Assembly (NCBI GenBank): GCA_963792965.1
Contig: CAWBYW010000010.1
Coordinates: forward strand, 35,949 to 99,948
Direction: 5' to 3'
Origin: an uncultured delta proteobacterium
GTDB lineage: Bacteria; Desulfobacterota; Zymogenia; Zymogenales; Zymogenaceae
DNA length: 64,000 nucleotides
The translations under genes and the position numbers were made by a program. The first letter of the stretch is position 1, and every line of letters begins with the position of its first letter. The notes beneath the pieces are model-generated. The model was not told where the DNA came from, searched no databases, and was given only the letters and a program-made list of their open reading frames with translations. Below, piece by piece: positions 10,211-21,897 of this stretch.

Positions 10211-11752
10211 ATGAAACGATCTATTTTTATTACCCTTGCCCTGCTGGTCGTCCTGGCCCCGCTGGGCGTCTGCTTTGCCGCGGAGACGACCTTCACGGGT
10301 GAGTACCAGGTAAGGGCTTTTACCGAGTGGAACTTCGACAAGCAAGCCGGTTTCGGCCCGACGCAGGACAAACGTGCCCAGTACGACGGCTGGTTCGATC
10401 AGCGGTTCCGCCTCACGATCACCCACACGCGCAATGAGTACCTCAAGGCGGTCATCCGTATCGATCTCATCGAGGACACCTGGGGGCAGCAGAGGAACTT
10501 CAGGATCAACAACAGCACCAACGGAAGCTCATCGATCAGGCGTATCTTGAGTTCACGGTCAACCCGATCGGAAAGTTCAGGGCCGGCAAGATGCCCGTGA
10601 GCTACGGCCAGGGGCTGATCCTCTCCCGCATCGGGCCGGCGCCGGTCCGGCACCGGACGGCGTCGAATGGTCCAATAAGTGGGGCCCGATAGGGCGTTAT
10701 CCTCAACTATCTGAAGATGAGGGATTCGGTGGCGACTCGATGCATTCTCCGCCGCGGCGCGGCCGGACCGAACAGCAGTGAGTACAACTGGGACTCCAAT
10801 TTCTTTGCCCTCAATCTGAAGTACGCTCCCAACGCGACAGCACCTCATCGAGGCCTACGGCGGCGCCATAACGTCGGATTTCGGCTGGCCCATGTATTCG
10901 TGGTTCGAGCGCAGGCTCGCGGACACGAAGCTGAGCGGCACTCAGACCAATCTCGATTTCGTGAGCTATACCGCGGGCTTCGCGGGGGTTGCCTACACCG
11001 GCAACATCAACAAGATGATCGACCTCAAGGCGGAATTCGGATATGTCTTCGGCAGCATGGACGCCAACGAGTTTAACCGGCCGAAATCGGGCGGAACGCT
11101 TCCTGGACGACCCGAGCATTCAGGGGTGGTCGCTCTATCTGGACGCCTCCTACTACAACGACCTGATGCGCGTCGGCCTCGCGTTCCTGATGACCTCAGG
11201 CGAGAAGCACTTCTGGGGCGACGGCGTCAGAACTCGGGCCGCGTGAAGAACGATCAACATGCCCGCGATTATCCAGGAAGGGTTCGGATGGGGCAACGTC
11301 ATCGGCAATGAGCTGCCCGGCATCAACCATGTGTACGGCGGGCCCGCTCTTCGGCAAGGGTGAGACGCTCATCGAAAACATCACGTCGGTCAAGCTCTAT
11401 ATTCACCATCACCCCGATGGAAAACCTGACCCTTAACGCCGCCGTCATATGGGCGAAGTGGACCGACCCCGTCGGATCGGGGCCGAATGTCCTGGCCGAA
11501 GGGGCCCGGCTATCCGCATCCCGCCAACTGGTACGGAAACTATCGGAACTGGAACTCGGCGGAAGGCAAGCACCGACCTCGGTTGGGAAATTGACTTCGG
11601 GGCGTCTTACCAGATCCTCGAGGGATTGACCTACACGTTCAAGGCCGGCGTCCTCTTTCCGGGCGATTCGTGGGACTACATGCAAAACGGTATCCGCCAG
11701 AGCTTGGGGGCCGATCTGGTCAGTCCAGAACTACCTGATGTACAAATTTTAG
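10211..11752 (+). CDS. Outer-membrane beta-barrel porin, several frameshifts (pseudogene or sequencing error)
   Basis: Signal peptide, FTGEYQVR and FDQRFRL strands; pieces in different frames ending DLGWEIDFGASYQI...WSVQNYLMYKF* (terminal Phe beta-signal). Confidence 0.65.
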
Positions 11753-11774
11753 CCTCCATCCTCCCTTTCTTGCG

Positions 11775-11805
11775 GCCCCGGAAATGTACGTTTCCGGGGC
11801 TTTTG
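11775..11805 (+). terminator. Rho-independent terminator after the porin
   Basis: GCCCCGGAAA-tgtacg-TTTCCGGGGC followed by TTTT. Confidence 0.75.
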
Positions 11806-11898
11806 TCATAATATGATAATGACCGCATCGTGGTATAATAAGAACTTCAGGAAGGGCACGTCTTTTTGTTAGCTCTACTTTAAGCGTGAGGTTTTACC

Positions 11899-12327
11899 AT
11901 GTCGGAAAAAAAGAGAGTATTGTTTGTCTGTATTCATAACAGCGCTCGAAGCCAGATGGCGGAAGCGTTCCTCAAGAGCATGACAGGCGACGACTTTGAA
12001 GTCGAAAGTGCGGGAATCGAACCGGGCCCGCTCAACCCGCTTGCCGTCGAGGTAATGACGGAACTCGGTCTTGACATCTCCAAGAATGCCACGAAAAGCG
12101 TCTTTGACCTCTATAAAGCAGGGAAGCTCTACTCGTACGTGATCACCGTTTGCGATGAGAGCTCACAACGCTGCCCGATCTTTCCCGGCAACGCGAAGCA
12201 GATTAGATGGAGCTTCGACGATCCCTCGATGTTTACCGGCACCCGTGAAGATAAACTAAGGAAAACGAGAAAAGTGAGGGATCAGATCAGGGAAAGGGTC
12301 GAAGCATGGCTTAAGGAACTTTCATAG
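11899..12327 (+). CDS. arsC: Arsenate reductase ArsC (LMW-PTP fold)
   Basis: [13 protein letters not shown]-loop; ITVCD..CPIFPG; W.FDDP. Confidence 0.85.
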   Translation: MSEKKRVLFVCIHNSARSQMAEAFLKSMTGDDFEVESAGIEPGPLNPLAVEVMTELGLDISKNATKSVFDLYKAGKLYSYVITVCDESSQRCPIFPGNAKQIRWSFDDPSMFTGTREDKLRKTRKVRDQIRERVEAWLKELS

Positions 12328-12616
12328 AGGAGACACAAAATGAAGTAAGGAATGTCACAGGAAGCTGTCAGTCATCTCTATACCTCCCCGTGAACCTGAC
12401 GCCCATATTTCCCTCCGAATCTTCTCGATTATTGTTCCCCTATCCCCCCGCCAGGTGAAACCGCGATTGTAAAAGCCCGGGTGCCGTGATATGATCGATC
12501 AACTACAGGTACTGAAGAATCTCAGGATAGCGGGGGGCTCCTAAAAGGACACCCCGCGCGGTTTTAAGCGTGACGATCAGCCGGTAACGGCATATAGGAA
12601 ATAGCAAAAGGGGCAC

Positions 12617-13427
12617 ATGGATATCCGCATCGGCACGAGCGGCTTTTCCTTTCCTGACTGGGTGGGGGTGATCTATCCCCCCGGGCTCAACAAACGCGAC
12701 TGGCTGACCTACTACGAAGAGACGCTCGGCTTTAAGGCGCTCGAGGTCAACTATACCTATTATGGGATGCCCTCGGCAAAAACGCTGGGCGCCATGAGCG
12801 CAAAGACCTCGGCCGACTTTACCTTCTCGGTTAAGGCGCACGGCTCCATGACCCACGAGCTCTGGACGGACAAGACCAGGCGTCAGATGGTGGACAACCA
12901 CGGGGTCTTCGGGCAGTTCAGGGCGGGGCTCTCCCCGCTTATCGGCGAGGGAAAGCTCTCGGCGGTGCTGGCCCAGTTTCCCTACTCCTTCCAGAGAAAC
13001 GGCGAGAATGCCGATTATCTCGGGCGATTCAGGGAGCTTATGGGAGACGTGCCCACGGTCGTCGAGTTCAGGAATCGCCAGTGGCACGACGAGGACGGCG
13101 ATGGAGCTTTTGCGCCGCCATGACCTCGGGTACTGCGTGGTGGACGAGCCGAAGCTGCCGGGCCTCATGCCCTTCTTTCCCGCCGCGACGACCGATTTGG
13201 CGTATGTCCGTTTTCACGGGAGGAATCCCAACTGGTTCAGGGCCCCCGCCTCGGTAAGGTACGATTATCTCTATTCCGAGCAAGAGCTGGCCGAGAAGCT
13301 CCCCGCCGTCCTGGCGCTTGCCGGCAAGACGAAAAAGACCCTTGTCTTTTTCAACAACTGTCATCTCGGCTCGGCGGCCAAAGACGCGCTGAAGCTTGCC
13401 CGGATGATCGCCGAACAGGGGCAGTAG
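12617..13427 (+). CDS. DUF72 family protein, one frameshift near 13095
   Basis: IGTSGFSF.DW, EVNYTYY, LAQFPYSF, VEFRN in the first ORF; YVRFHGRN, YDYLYS, FFNN in the second. Confidence 0.85.
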
Positions 13428-13521
13428 GGCCGACGATACGTCCGTAAGTCGGACACCGACCGCGGCGTACCTCAAGACGGGGCGGATGGTGTGCCGGATT
13501 ATTCGATGAGGAAATCGAGAT

Positions 13522-14394
13522 ATGTTCAGCCGAAAAGCGCCCGTGCCCGCCTTTGACCTTGCCGACTACGGCGATTTCGTCTCCGTAGGCGGCCTGTCCA
13601 TTCACGTGTGGCAGGGGGGGAAAGAGCACTCCGACTCGGTCCCGGTGATTCTGGTGCACGGATTTGGGGCCAATAACTGGTGCTGGAGGTTTATGCTCAA
13701 GGAACTATCCGCCCGGCACCCGGTATACGCTCCCGATCTCCCGGGGTTTGGGCTCTCCGATAAGCCTGAAGAGTTTGACTACACGCTTTCGGGCTACGCA
13801 CGATTCATCGACTCTTTCATGGATGCCGTCGGAATAGAGAGCGCGGTCCTCGTGGGAAACTCCATGGGTGGGGGGGTGGCAATCACGACGGCGCTGGCCC
13901 ATCCCGGTCGGGTTAAGAAGCTTGTCCTTATCGATTCGATCGGCTATGATAAGCGCGGCTCTCGCGTCTATCGCTTCCTCGGCCTGCCGGTGATACGCGA
14001 CATGATCGCGGAGCTCACCTCACCAGCGATGCTCAGGGTGTTGCTCAAGAGGCGGGTCTATCATAACCCCTCGGCCGTGACCGAAGAGCTCGTCCGGCGC
14101 TTTTTTGTGGCGTATAGGACTAAGAACGGGAAACGGTCGCCGCTTTGGGTCTATCAGGGATTTGCCCCCTTCCCGACGATTCCGAAAGAGGAGATCGAAA
14201 AGATCGACGTGCCGACTCTCATCGTCTGGGGACAGCACGATAAGATTCTCCCTGCCGAGCACGCCGGGCGGTTTTCCCAAGACATCGCCTCATCCAGGAC
14301 GATCATCATCCCCGACGCCGGCCACGTGCCGCACGAGGAGAGGCCCGAGATGGTCAATCCCTTGATCTCCGATTTCATCGGGGAAGGGGACTAA
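13522..14394 (+). CDS. Alpha/beta hydrolase
   Basis: LVHGF, DLPGFG, GNSMGG nucleophile, GH..HEE. Confidence 0.9.
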   Translation: MFSRKAPVPAFDLADYGDFVSVGGLSIHVWQGGKEHSDSVPVILVHGFGANNWCWRFMLKELSARHPVYAPDLPGFGLSDKPEEFDYTLSGYARFIDSFMDAVGIESAVLVGNSMGGGVAITTALAHPGRVKKLVLIDSIGYDKRGSRVYRFLGLPVIRDMIAELTSPAMLRVLLKRRVYHNPSAVTEELVRRFFVAYRTKNGKRSPLWVYQGFAPFPTIPKEEIEKIDVPTLIVWGQHDKILPAEHAGRFSQDIASSRTIIIPDAGHVPHEERPEMVNPLISDFIGEGD

Positions 14395-14504
14395 TCGGCC
14401 CGGCTCGGGCACGGGGGGGACCTCTTTTTCCTTGAATATCTCTTTTTGAATATGTCATAATAGATTGGCTTAACGTCCCATTTATCAATTTATCGAGGCC
14501 GACC

Positions 14505-15440
14505 ATGAAAAAATTTCTCACGATTCTTCTGATCGTCATCGGCATCATTGTCCTTGGTCTGGGAGCACACTGGGCGGTCTGGGAGCTTAGGGCTCCCGTG
14601 CCGAACAAGGACCTTGTCGACTACGGCACCTTCCAAAATATCGACGGGATGCAGATCCACCTGCAGCACGAGGGGACGGGAACGCCCGTCATCCTCATCC
14701 ACGGATACACCGGGACGCTCTACACCTGGCGCTTCAACATGCACGAGCTGGCCAAGGAGTGCTCGGTCTGGTCATTGGATCTGCCCGGCTTCGGCTACAG
14801 CGACAAGCCGAAGGATTTTGACTATACCCTTTCCGGGTACGCCGACTTCATGGTGAAATTCATGGACGCCGTAGGGATCAAAAAGGCCGTGCTCGTCGGC
14901 AACTCCATGGGCGGCGGCGTGGCCATGGAGACGTACCTGAAATACCCGGACCGGGTGGAGAAGCTCGTCCTCATCGATTCGATGGGTTACCCCGGGAAGG
15001 AGGGCTTTTTCCTCTTTACCCTCATGAAGTATCCGGTCATCGGGAACGTGTTGATGTCCTTCAACTATCGCTGGGTGATCAGGGACTCGCTCATGTCGGG
15101 CATCTACTATAACAACAAGTTCGTCACCGAAGACGTGGTCGATTCCTACTACAACGTCTACAAGACCGAGAACGGCAGGAAGGCGCCGCTCTGGGTTGGG
15201 CGGCGTATCGACGACGCAAAAGACCTCAACACCGAGAAGATCAAGACAATCAAGATACCGACGCTCGTTATCTGGGGGAAGGAGGATACGCTGATTCCCG
15301 TCGCGCACGCTGACTACTTCAAGCGGGATATCGCCGGGGCGAAGGTCGTGATCGTGCCGGACGCGGGGCACCTGGCCCACGAAGAGCAGGCCGGTCTCGT
15401 CAATACATTGATCTCCGATTTTGTAAAAAAGGGAAACTGA
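14505..15440 (+). CDS. Alpha/beta hydrolase with N-terminal membrane anchor (paralog of the previous gene)
   Basis: LIHGY, DLPGFGYSDKP, GNSMGG, GHLAHEE. Confidence 0.9.
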   Translation: MKKFLTILLIVIGIIVLGLGAHWAVWELRAPVPNKDLVDYGTFQNIDGMQIHLQHEGTGTPVILIHGYTGTLYTWRFNMHELAKECSVWSLDLPGFGYSDKPKDFDYTLSGYADFMVKFMDAVGIKKAVLVGNSMGGGVAMETYLKYPDRVEKLVLIDSMGYPGKEGFFLFTLMKYPVIGNVLMSFNYRWVIRDSLMSGIYYNNKFVTEDVVDSYYNVYKTENGRKAPLWVGRRIDDAKDLNTEKIKTIKIPTLVIWGKEDTLIPVAHADYFKRDIAGAKVVIVPDAGHLAHEEQAGLVNTLISDFVKKGN

Positions 15441-15459
15441 TAGAAAACGGGAGGATACC

Positions 15460-15966
15460 ATGCGGGTTAAAACGCTGAGCCAGGTAGGGATGACGGTCAA
15501 GAGCCTCAAGAAGAGCATCGATTTCTACTGGGGACATTTCGGGCTGCCGGTGATGGCGGTGGTCGATCTGCCGCCGACCGTCATAAAGGAAATTTACGGT
15601 CTTGAAAAAACCAAGGTGAGGATCGCGATGCTTCGATGCGGCTGGGGGAATTTCATCGAGCTCTTCCAGTTCACGCCCGCCGAGAAGGGGCTGGAGGTCA
15701 AGTGGAATCGCCCCGGCATCACGCACCTCGCGCTGGAGGTGGGAAACGTCCATAAGGCTTTCAAGGAGCTGACGGCCAAGGGGGTGAAGTTTTTGGCCCC
15801 GCCGATGAAGGAGGGCGGAAACACCTTCGCTTTCCTGAAAGACCCCGACGGTCACCTGGTTGAGCTCACCGACTTGGGCTTCCTCTACTACGTCAACAAG
15901 TTTTTAGGCAACGTCGTGGGACGGATCAACATGGCCACGAAGTTCAAGAACAGGGATAAGATATAA
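15460..15966 (+). CDS. VOC/glyoxalase family protein
   Basis: QVGMTVKSL.KSIDFY, IELFQF, HLALEV, FLKDPDGHLVEL. Confidence 0.85.
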   Translation: MRVKTLSQVGMTVKSLKKSIDFYWGHFGLPVMAVVDLPPTVIKEIYGLEKTKVRIAMLRCGWGNFIELFQFTPAEKGLEVKWNRPGITHLALEVGNVHKAFKELTAKGVKFLAPPMKEGGNTFAFLKDPDGHLVELTDLGFLYYVNKFLGNVVGRINMATKFKNRDKI

Positions 15967-15974
15967 AACAGCTC

Positions 15975-16002
15975 GGGGGGACCTTTTCTAAGAGGTCCCC
16001 CC
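15975..16002. terminator. Stem-loop between convergent VOC gene and tyrS
   Basis: GGGGGACCT...AGGTCCCCC inverted repeat. Confidence 0.55.
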
Positions 16003-16114
16003 GGATATTCCTTCTCAAAACAGTAAACCCTGTCAACCTATACCGCCTCACCCTTCACCAGGACCTTATCCCGTAGCCGATTTCGTTGGCTCGTGAGCGT
16101 CGCCGTGGGACTTC

Positions 16115-17332
16115 CTACTCTCCAAAATTAACTCGCAGGAATTTTCGTTTTCCCACCTTAACAAGGTGCGCCGACCCGGGAGAAAACGACCGGTTCTCGC
16201 CGGACACCTTTTCGCCGTCGATCGTCACGGCGCCCTGGGCGATCATCCGCCGTGCGTCGGAGGTGGAAGGGGTCAGGCCCAATTCGGTGAACATCTTGGG
16301 GAGCCAGATGTCGCCGTCGGACGTGTAGTCCGCCTCGGGGATATCCGTCGGCGTCTTTCGCTCGGCAAATACGTGCTCAAACTCGCCGCGGGCCTCGCCG
16401 GCCTTCTCTTTACCCCAGAACCGGGCCGTCAATTCGAGGGCCAGCTCCTCCTTGGCCTGTTTTGGATTCTTTCCGCCCGATGCGATATCCGCTTTCAATC
16501 GCTTGAAATCCGCCGTCGATATGTCGGAGAGGAGCTCGTAGTAGTTCATCATAAGCTCGTCGGAAATGCTCATCACCTTGCCGAATATATCCTTCGGCGG
16601 CTCGGTGATCCCGATATAGTTGCCGACCGACTTACTCATCTTCTTGATGCCGTCGGTGCCCACGAGGATCGGGACCGTGACGACGGTCTGCGGCGGCTGG
16701 CCGAAATATTTCTGGAGATCGCGGCCCACCAGCAGATTGAATATCTGATCGGTCCCCCCCAGCTCGACGTCGGCGTTGAGCGCCACCGAGTCATATCCCT
16801 GGACGAGGGGGTAGAGAAACTCGTGGATAGCGATGGGCTGGTTATTGACAAAACGGGATTTGAAGTCCTCCCGCTCGAGCATCCGGGCCACCGTCATCTG
16901 GGCGGCGATCTCGATAAAGCCGTCGATGCCGAGTTTTTGCATCCAGGTCGAGTTGAACACGATGACCGTCTCTTTCGGGTCGAGGATCTTAAAGACCTGC
17001 TCTTTATAGGTCTCGGCGTTCTTGAGGAGCTGGTCGCGTGTCATCGGCTCGCGGGTGGACGATCTCCCCGAGGGGTCGCCGATCATGCCGGTGAAGTCGC
17101 CGATCAGGAAAACAATCCGGTGGCCCAGCTCCTGAAAATGCTTCATCTTCTGGATTAACACGGTGTGACCCAGGTGCAGATCGGGGGCCGTCGGGTCAAA
17201 ACCGGTCTTGATGGTGAGGGGTTTCTTTTCCTTGATTGACCGATTGATTTTCTTTTCGAGCTCGTCGGTCGTGATAATCTCCACGGCGCCCCGACCGATG
17301 AGGTCCATCTGTTCGTTCAGGCTCGCGCTCAT
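16115..17332 (-). CDS. tyrS: Tyrosine--tRNA ligase
   Basis: [13 protein letters not shown] (HIGH), KMSKS, C-terminal S4 domain VGKRKF. Confidence 0.97.
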   Translation of the reverse strand: MSASLNEQMDLIGRGAVEIITTDELEKKINRSIKEKKPLTIKTGFDPTAPDLHLGHTVLIQKMKHFQELGHRIVFLIGDFTGMIGDPSGRSSTREPMTRDQLLKNAETYKEQVFKILDPKETVIVFNSTWMQKLGIDGFIEIAAQMTVARMLEREDFKSRFVNNQPIAIHEFLYPLVQGYDSVALNADVELGGTDQIFNLLVGRDLQKYFGQPPQTVVTVPILVGTDGIKKMSKSVGNYIGITEPPKDIFGKVMSISDELMMNYYELLSDISTADFKRLKADIASGGKNPKQAKEELALELTARFWGKEKAGEARGEFEHVFAERKTPTDIPEADYTSDGDIWLPKMFTELGLTPSTSDARRMIAQGAVTIDGEKVSGENRSFSPGSAHLVKVGKRKFLRVNFGE

Positions 17333-18150
17333 GATTTCCCTTCCTCGTACTTCTCCTTAAACCTCTGGATTTCCCGTGATTTCCCGGTCTTCTTATCGAC
17401 GGCGATGAACACTCCCTGTGCCTCGACATCCTTTTTTGCGGTCTCAAACCGTTCGGGCATCGAGGTCAGGAAGCGAGATATAGCCCGTTCTTTTTTCACA
17501 CCGATGACCGAGTCCGTGGGGCCGGTCATGCCGGCGTCGGTGACAAACGCCGTCCCGCCCGGGAGGATGCGCTCATCGGCGGTCTGGATGTGGGTGTGGG
17601 TGCCGATGACGGCGCTCACCGACCCGTCAAGAAAGCAGGCCAACGCCTGCTTTTCCCTGGTCTCCTCGCCGTGAAAGTCGACGATGATCATGGGCGACTT
17701 TCCGGCAAGCTCAGCTGCCGCCTCCTTTCCCCGGGCAAAGGGATCGTCTGCAAGCCCCATGAAGACCCGGCCGATGAGGTTGACGACCGAGACCATGGTA
17801 CCGTCCCTCGTGCTGATCGTGACGGTGCCTTCCCCCGGGACGCCCTTCGGGAAGTTGTCGGGCCGAATGAGCCGGGGAGTCTTCTCGATATATTCAAAGA
17901 TCTCCCGCTTGTCCCACACATGGTTGCCGGTGGTGATAATGTCGGCGCCGGCCTCAAAGAGCTCCCGGGCGGTCTCGGCGGTGATCCCGAAGCCGCCGGC
18001 CGCATTCTCACCGTTCACGATGACGAGGTCCGCACTAAATTGGTCCACGAGCCGGGGCAGAGAATATTTCAGGGCGCGCCGGCCCGGTTTTCCGACGATA
18101 TCGCCGAAAAAGAGGATACGCGTAACCTTACTCTCCCCGTGCATGAACAT
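17329..18150 (-). CDS. ymdB: YmdB/TIGR00282 metallophosphoesterase
   Basis: GDIVG.PGR, NGEN, GNH, DFHGE, GTHTH, TDAGMTG; follows rny. Confidence 0.92.
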   Translation of the reverse strand: MFMHGESKVTRILFFGDIVGKPGRRALKYSLPRLVDQFSADLVIVNGENAAGGFGITAETARELFEAGADIITTGNHVWDKREIFEYIEKTPRLIRPDNFPKGVPGEGTVTISTRDGTMVSVVNLIGRVFMGLADDPFARGKEAAAELAGKSPMIIVDFHGEETREKQALACFLDGSVSAVIGTHTHIQTADERILPGGTAFVTDAGMTGPTDSVIGVKKERAISRFLTSMPERFETAKKDVEAQGVFIAVDKKTGKSREIQRFKEKYEEGKS

Positions 18151-18192
18151 CGCGGCAGACCCCGTTTGAAACGCGCCGGCATATGTGCCGGG

Positions 18193-19758
18193 CTACTTCG
18201 CGAACTCGATGGCCCTTGTCTCCCGTATGACGGTGACCTTGATCTGGCCGGGATAGGTAAGCTCCTGCTCGATCTTCTTGGCGATGTCCTTTGAGAGGAG
18301 CAGCGAATCCTCGTCGGAAATCTGCTCGCTTGAGACGATGATGCGAAGCTCCCGCCCCGCCTGGATGGCGTAGGTCTTGGCGATGCCCGTGAAAGAACGG
18401 GTTACTCTTTCAAGCTCGTCTAACCGCTTGACATAGGTCTCCAGCATCTCCTTTCGCGCGCCGGGACGAGCGGCCGACAGCGTATCGGCGGCCTGGATAA
18501 GAACCGCCAGCACCGAATCGGGCTTTTCATCGTTGTGGTGTGCGGAGATCGCGTGGATGACCCGGGGCGATTCGCCGTAACGTCGGGCGAGGTCCGAGCC
18601 GATGAGGGCATGGGGGCCCTCCACCTCGTGATCGACGGCCTTGCCGATATCATGGAGCAGCCCCGCACGCTTGGCCTGCTTTATGTTGAGCTTGAGCTCC
18701 GCCGCCATGGTTCCCGTGAGGAAGGCGACCTCCAGCGAGTGCTGATAGACGTTCTGGGCAAAACTCGTGCGGTACTTAAGCCGCCCGATGAGCTTGACCA
18801 GCTCCGGGTGCAGGCCGTGGAGCCCGAGGTCGAAACACGCCTGCTCGCCCGCGTCCCGGATGGTATTCTCGATCTCTTCGCCGACTTTGGCGACCATCTC
18901 CTCGATCCTGGCGGGGTGGATCCTTCCGTCGGACATGAGCCGCTCCAGCGATATTCGCGCGACCTCGCGGCGAATCGGGTTATGGGAGGAGAGGATGACC
19001 GCCTCCGGCGTGTCGTCTATGACGAGATCGACCCCGGTGGCCGCCTCGATGGCACGGATGTTTCTCCCCTCGCGGCCGATGATCCTTCCCTTCATCTCTT
19101 CGTTGGGAAGATTGACGATGGAGACGGTCCGCTCGGTCACATATTCCCCTGCGTATCGCTGCACGGCCGTCGAGATGATCTCGATCGATTTCTTGTCCGC
19201 GTTCTCGCGCGTCTCCTCCTCGATCCTCCGGAGGGTCTTTGCCGCCTCGTGGCGGGCGTCGTCCTCGATGAGCTTGATGAGCTCGTCCCTGGCGGCGTCT
19301 CGAGTTATGCCGCTGACCCTTTCAAGGGTCTTCATCTGTTCCTCGACGAGCTCCTTGTACTTGAGCTCCTTTTCTTCCACCGCCTTCGCCTGGGCGGCCA
19401 GGCTCTTGTCCTTCTTGGAGAGGTCCGACTCCTTTTGCTCGATCTGCTCCATTTTTCTCTCGATGTTCTCTTCTTTCTGAAGGAGCCGCTTTTCCTGGAC
19501 GGCGAAACTGTTCTTCTTCTCCTTCGTTTCCCGCTCGAAGTCACTCTTCAGCTGATAGAGGGTGTCCTTGGCCGAAAGTGATGCTTCCTTCTTAATGGAG
19601 TCGGCCTGGCGATGGGCGTCCTCGATAATCTTGGCGGAGGTCTCCCGCGCCGCCTCGATCTTCTTTTTTGCCCAGAACATTCTCAGCACGTAACCCGTCA
19701 ACAGTCCCAGCGCAATGCCGGCGATGACCGATGTGATGATTTGGATCAACAATTTCAT
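18193..19758 (-). CDS. rny: Ribonuclease Y
   Basis: N-terminal TM, coiled coil, KH domain MKGRIIGREGRNIR, HD domain LLHDIGK. Confidence 0.97.
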   Translation of the reverse strand: MKLLIQIITSVIAGIALGLLTGYVLRMFWAKKKIEAARETSAKIIEDAHRQADSIKKEASLSAKDTLYQLKSDFERETKEKKNSFAVQEKRLLQKEENIERKMEQIEQKESDLSKKDKSLAAQAKAVEEKELKYKELVEEQMKTLERVSGITRDAARDELIKLIEDDARHEAAKTLRRIEEETRENADKKSIEIISTAVQRYAGEYVTERTVSIVNLPNEEMKGRIIGREGRNIRAIEAATGVDLVIDDTPEAVILSSHNPIRREVARISLERLMSDGRIHPARIEEMVAKVGEEIENTIRDAGEQACFDLGLHGLHPELVKLIGRLKYRTSFAQNVYQHSLEVAFLTGTMAAELKLNIKQAKRAGLLHDIGKAVDHEVEGPHALIGSDLARRYGESPRVIHAISAHHNDEKPDSVLAVLIQAADTLSAARPGARKEMLETYVKRLDELERVTRSFTGIAKTYAIQAGRELRIIVSSEQISDEDSLLLSKDIAKKIEQELTYPGQIKVTVIRETRAIEFAK

Positions 19759-19779
19759 ACCTCCTTTTTCGGGGGCTCC

Positions 19780-20350
19780 TTAGGTGCACCTGATTACACG
19801 GCTTTCGGTGAAGACGGCCTGGACCGGCCGATCGTGTTCTTCCTCAGGTATTCGCTCGATCACCTGGAAGTCATAGGCGAGGGCCGCCGTCCTTGCCCTA
19901 AATGCTTTTTCTCCGAGCAGACGATCGAAAAACCCCCCGCCGTAGCCGATGCGAAATCCGCGCTCGTCGAAGACGACGCCGGGAACGACGACGAGGTCGA
20001 GCTCGTCATAAGGGACGACCCGCCCGTGATCACGTCGGGGTTCCATGATACCGTAGGCGCCGGGAGAGAGCAGCGCAAGGTCGGGAAACTGCGCCGTAGA
20101 TGATGCGCTTCTTGCCAGTCTCGACGCGGGGGAACCCCACTTCTTTCTTCTCACCAATTGCCGCACAAAAGACAGATTCCGTAGTAACCTCATTTCTGAG
20201 CGGCCAGTAAAGGCCGATTACCGCAGCCTTGCCAAAAAGCTCGTCGGAGACGAGGCGGCGGCAGATCTGCTCGCTCTTGGCGGATACTTCCGACGAAGAC
20301 ATGCTCAATCGTATCGCGAGGATCTCTTTCCTGAGCCGCTCTTTCGTCAA
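19780..20350 (-). CDS. ygfA: 5-formyltetrahydrofolate cyclo-ligase, one frameshift near 20080
   Basis: KERLRK..YWP.RNEV in one frame; VVPGVVFD..G.RIGYGGGFFDR..HD in another. Confidence 0.88.
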
Positions 20351-20557
20351 CGAATAGCTCCGGCGGCGCGATAGCGCGCGCAGGACTTCTTGCCGTTTTC
20401 CGGGGTCTAAAGGAAGGGATAGGACGTAATAGATGGAGAGAGTTCCGGTTATCTATCTATGTAAAGCCTCTTTACGGCTGATGTTACTCTTTTGCTCATC
20501 TATAAGAAAGGTCTTTCCCTTGGATGTGTAACCGTCCGAAAAACGGCATGTGTAAAA

Positions 20558-20748
20558 TTCATGCCCCCCGCACCGGTGCCGTGTGCGGGTTGTTATTTGA
20601 ACCTGTTTTTTACAGGTGGGCTCCGTTATGCCGTTTTAGGTTTCCTTTTCTTAGAAAGGCTTACTCACCGCGGCGACGAACGGTTCCCCGTTTGTTTTTG
20701 TTGGCTCAAAAAAGACCCCCTCATCACGAACACGGCAGGGGGCATGAA
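20558..20748 (-). ncRNA. ssrS: 6S RNA
   Basis: About 190-nt rod with complementary ends; TGCCGTG/CACGGCA helix, TTGAGCC...GGTTCAA pairing and GCCCACCT motif; directly upstream of ygfA (established synteny); TATCAT -10 at 20753-20758. Confidence 0.85.
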
Positions 20749-20973
20749 AATCATGATACCTCATTCATTGTTGCTATTGACCCATCCGCCGGACGATTCA
20801 CAGTCGAACAATCCGGCCCGCTGTTCTATACGTATCTCGAGGCCATGAGCAGCGATCGTTATGGTGCCTCGCTGCAATTACATCCTCTATTAAATTATGA
20901 GATTTTACAAATAAAAAGTCAAGAAATTTTGTGGATTTGGACGGTTTTTGGCGCGGGAAAGAAGAGTTTCGGG

Positions 20974-21897
20974 TTAACCGGTCTTGAAAAGCGCGGCGAC
21001 GAACTGACGGCGATCGAAACGCTCCAGATCGTCGGCGCCCTCGCCGACGCCGATGTACTTGATGGGTACTTTGAGCTCGTCGTAGAGGGGAAAGAGCGCC
21101 CCGCCCTTGGCGCTGCCGTCAAGCTTCGTCAGGACGATCCCCGTGACGGTTATTTCTTCGTGGAATTTCTTCGTTTGGGCGATGTTGTTCTGACCGATAC
21201 CCGCGTCCAGCACGAGGAGCGTTTCATGCGGGGCGCCGGGCATCGCCGAGGAGAGCACGCGCTTGATCTTCTTGAGCTCTTCCATGAGGTTATATTTCGT
21301 GTGGAGCCTGCCGGCGGTGTCGACAAAGAGGTAGTCTATCCCCCTGGCCCGTGCCCGGACCAGGGCGTCGTATGAGACCGCGGCGGGATCGGCCCCCTGT
21401 TTCTGCGAGACCACCTCGACGTCGAGACGCCTTCCCCACTCGGAGAGCTGCTCGATGGCCGCGTCGCGAAAGGTATCTCCCGCGGCAAGGACAACGCTCT
21501 TGCCTTCGGAAACGAGGTGACGGGCGATCTTGGCGATCGTCGTGGTCTTGCCCGTGCCGTTAACGCCAACCACCAGCACAACGGTGGGAGGATCGTCGTT
21601 CTCAGCGATGGGCTGTTCGGACCCGTCGAGGATTGAAAGGAGGGATCGGCCGAGCTGTTCCTTCAGCTCGGTGGGGCCGAGCACGTGCTTCTTTGACCGG
21701 AGTGAGAGCTCATCGAGGATCCGGCGCGTCAGCCCGAGCCCGATATCGGCGGTGATGAGGAGCTCTTCGAGATCGTCCCATGTCTCGTCGGTGGCGGCTC
21801 CCGGCCCCGGAATGATCTGATCGAGCCGCTCCGTAAACGTGTGGCGGGTCTTGGACAGGCCCCTGACCAGGGACGAGAAAAAACCGCCGGGTGTCAT
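20974..21897 (-). CDS. ftsY: SRP receptor FtsY (NG domain)
   Basis: GVNGTGKTTT, DTFR.AA, DTAGR, TKLDGSAKGG. Confidence 0.97.
   Translation of the reverse strand: MTPGGFFSSLVRGLSKTRHTFTERLDQIIPGPGAATDETWDDLEELLITADIGLGLTRRILDELSLRSKKHVLGPTELKEQLGRSLLSILDGSEQPIAENDDPPTVVLVVGVNGTGKTTTIAKIARHLVSEGKSVVLAAGDTFRDAAIEQLSEWGRRLDVEVVSQKQGADPAAVSYDALVRARARGIDYLFVDTAGRLHTKYNLMEELKKIKRVLSSAMPGAPHETLLVLDAGIGQNNIAQTKKFHEEITVTGIVLTKLDGSAKGGALFPLYDELKVPIKYIGVGEGADDLERFDRRQFVAALFKTG

Noticed and set aside
13522-15440. Tandem hydrolase paralogs as a novel system
   Set aside because: Ordinary local duplication of a common family
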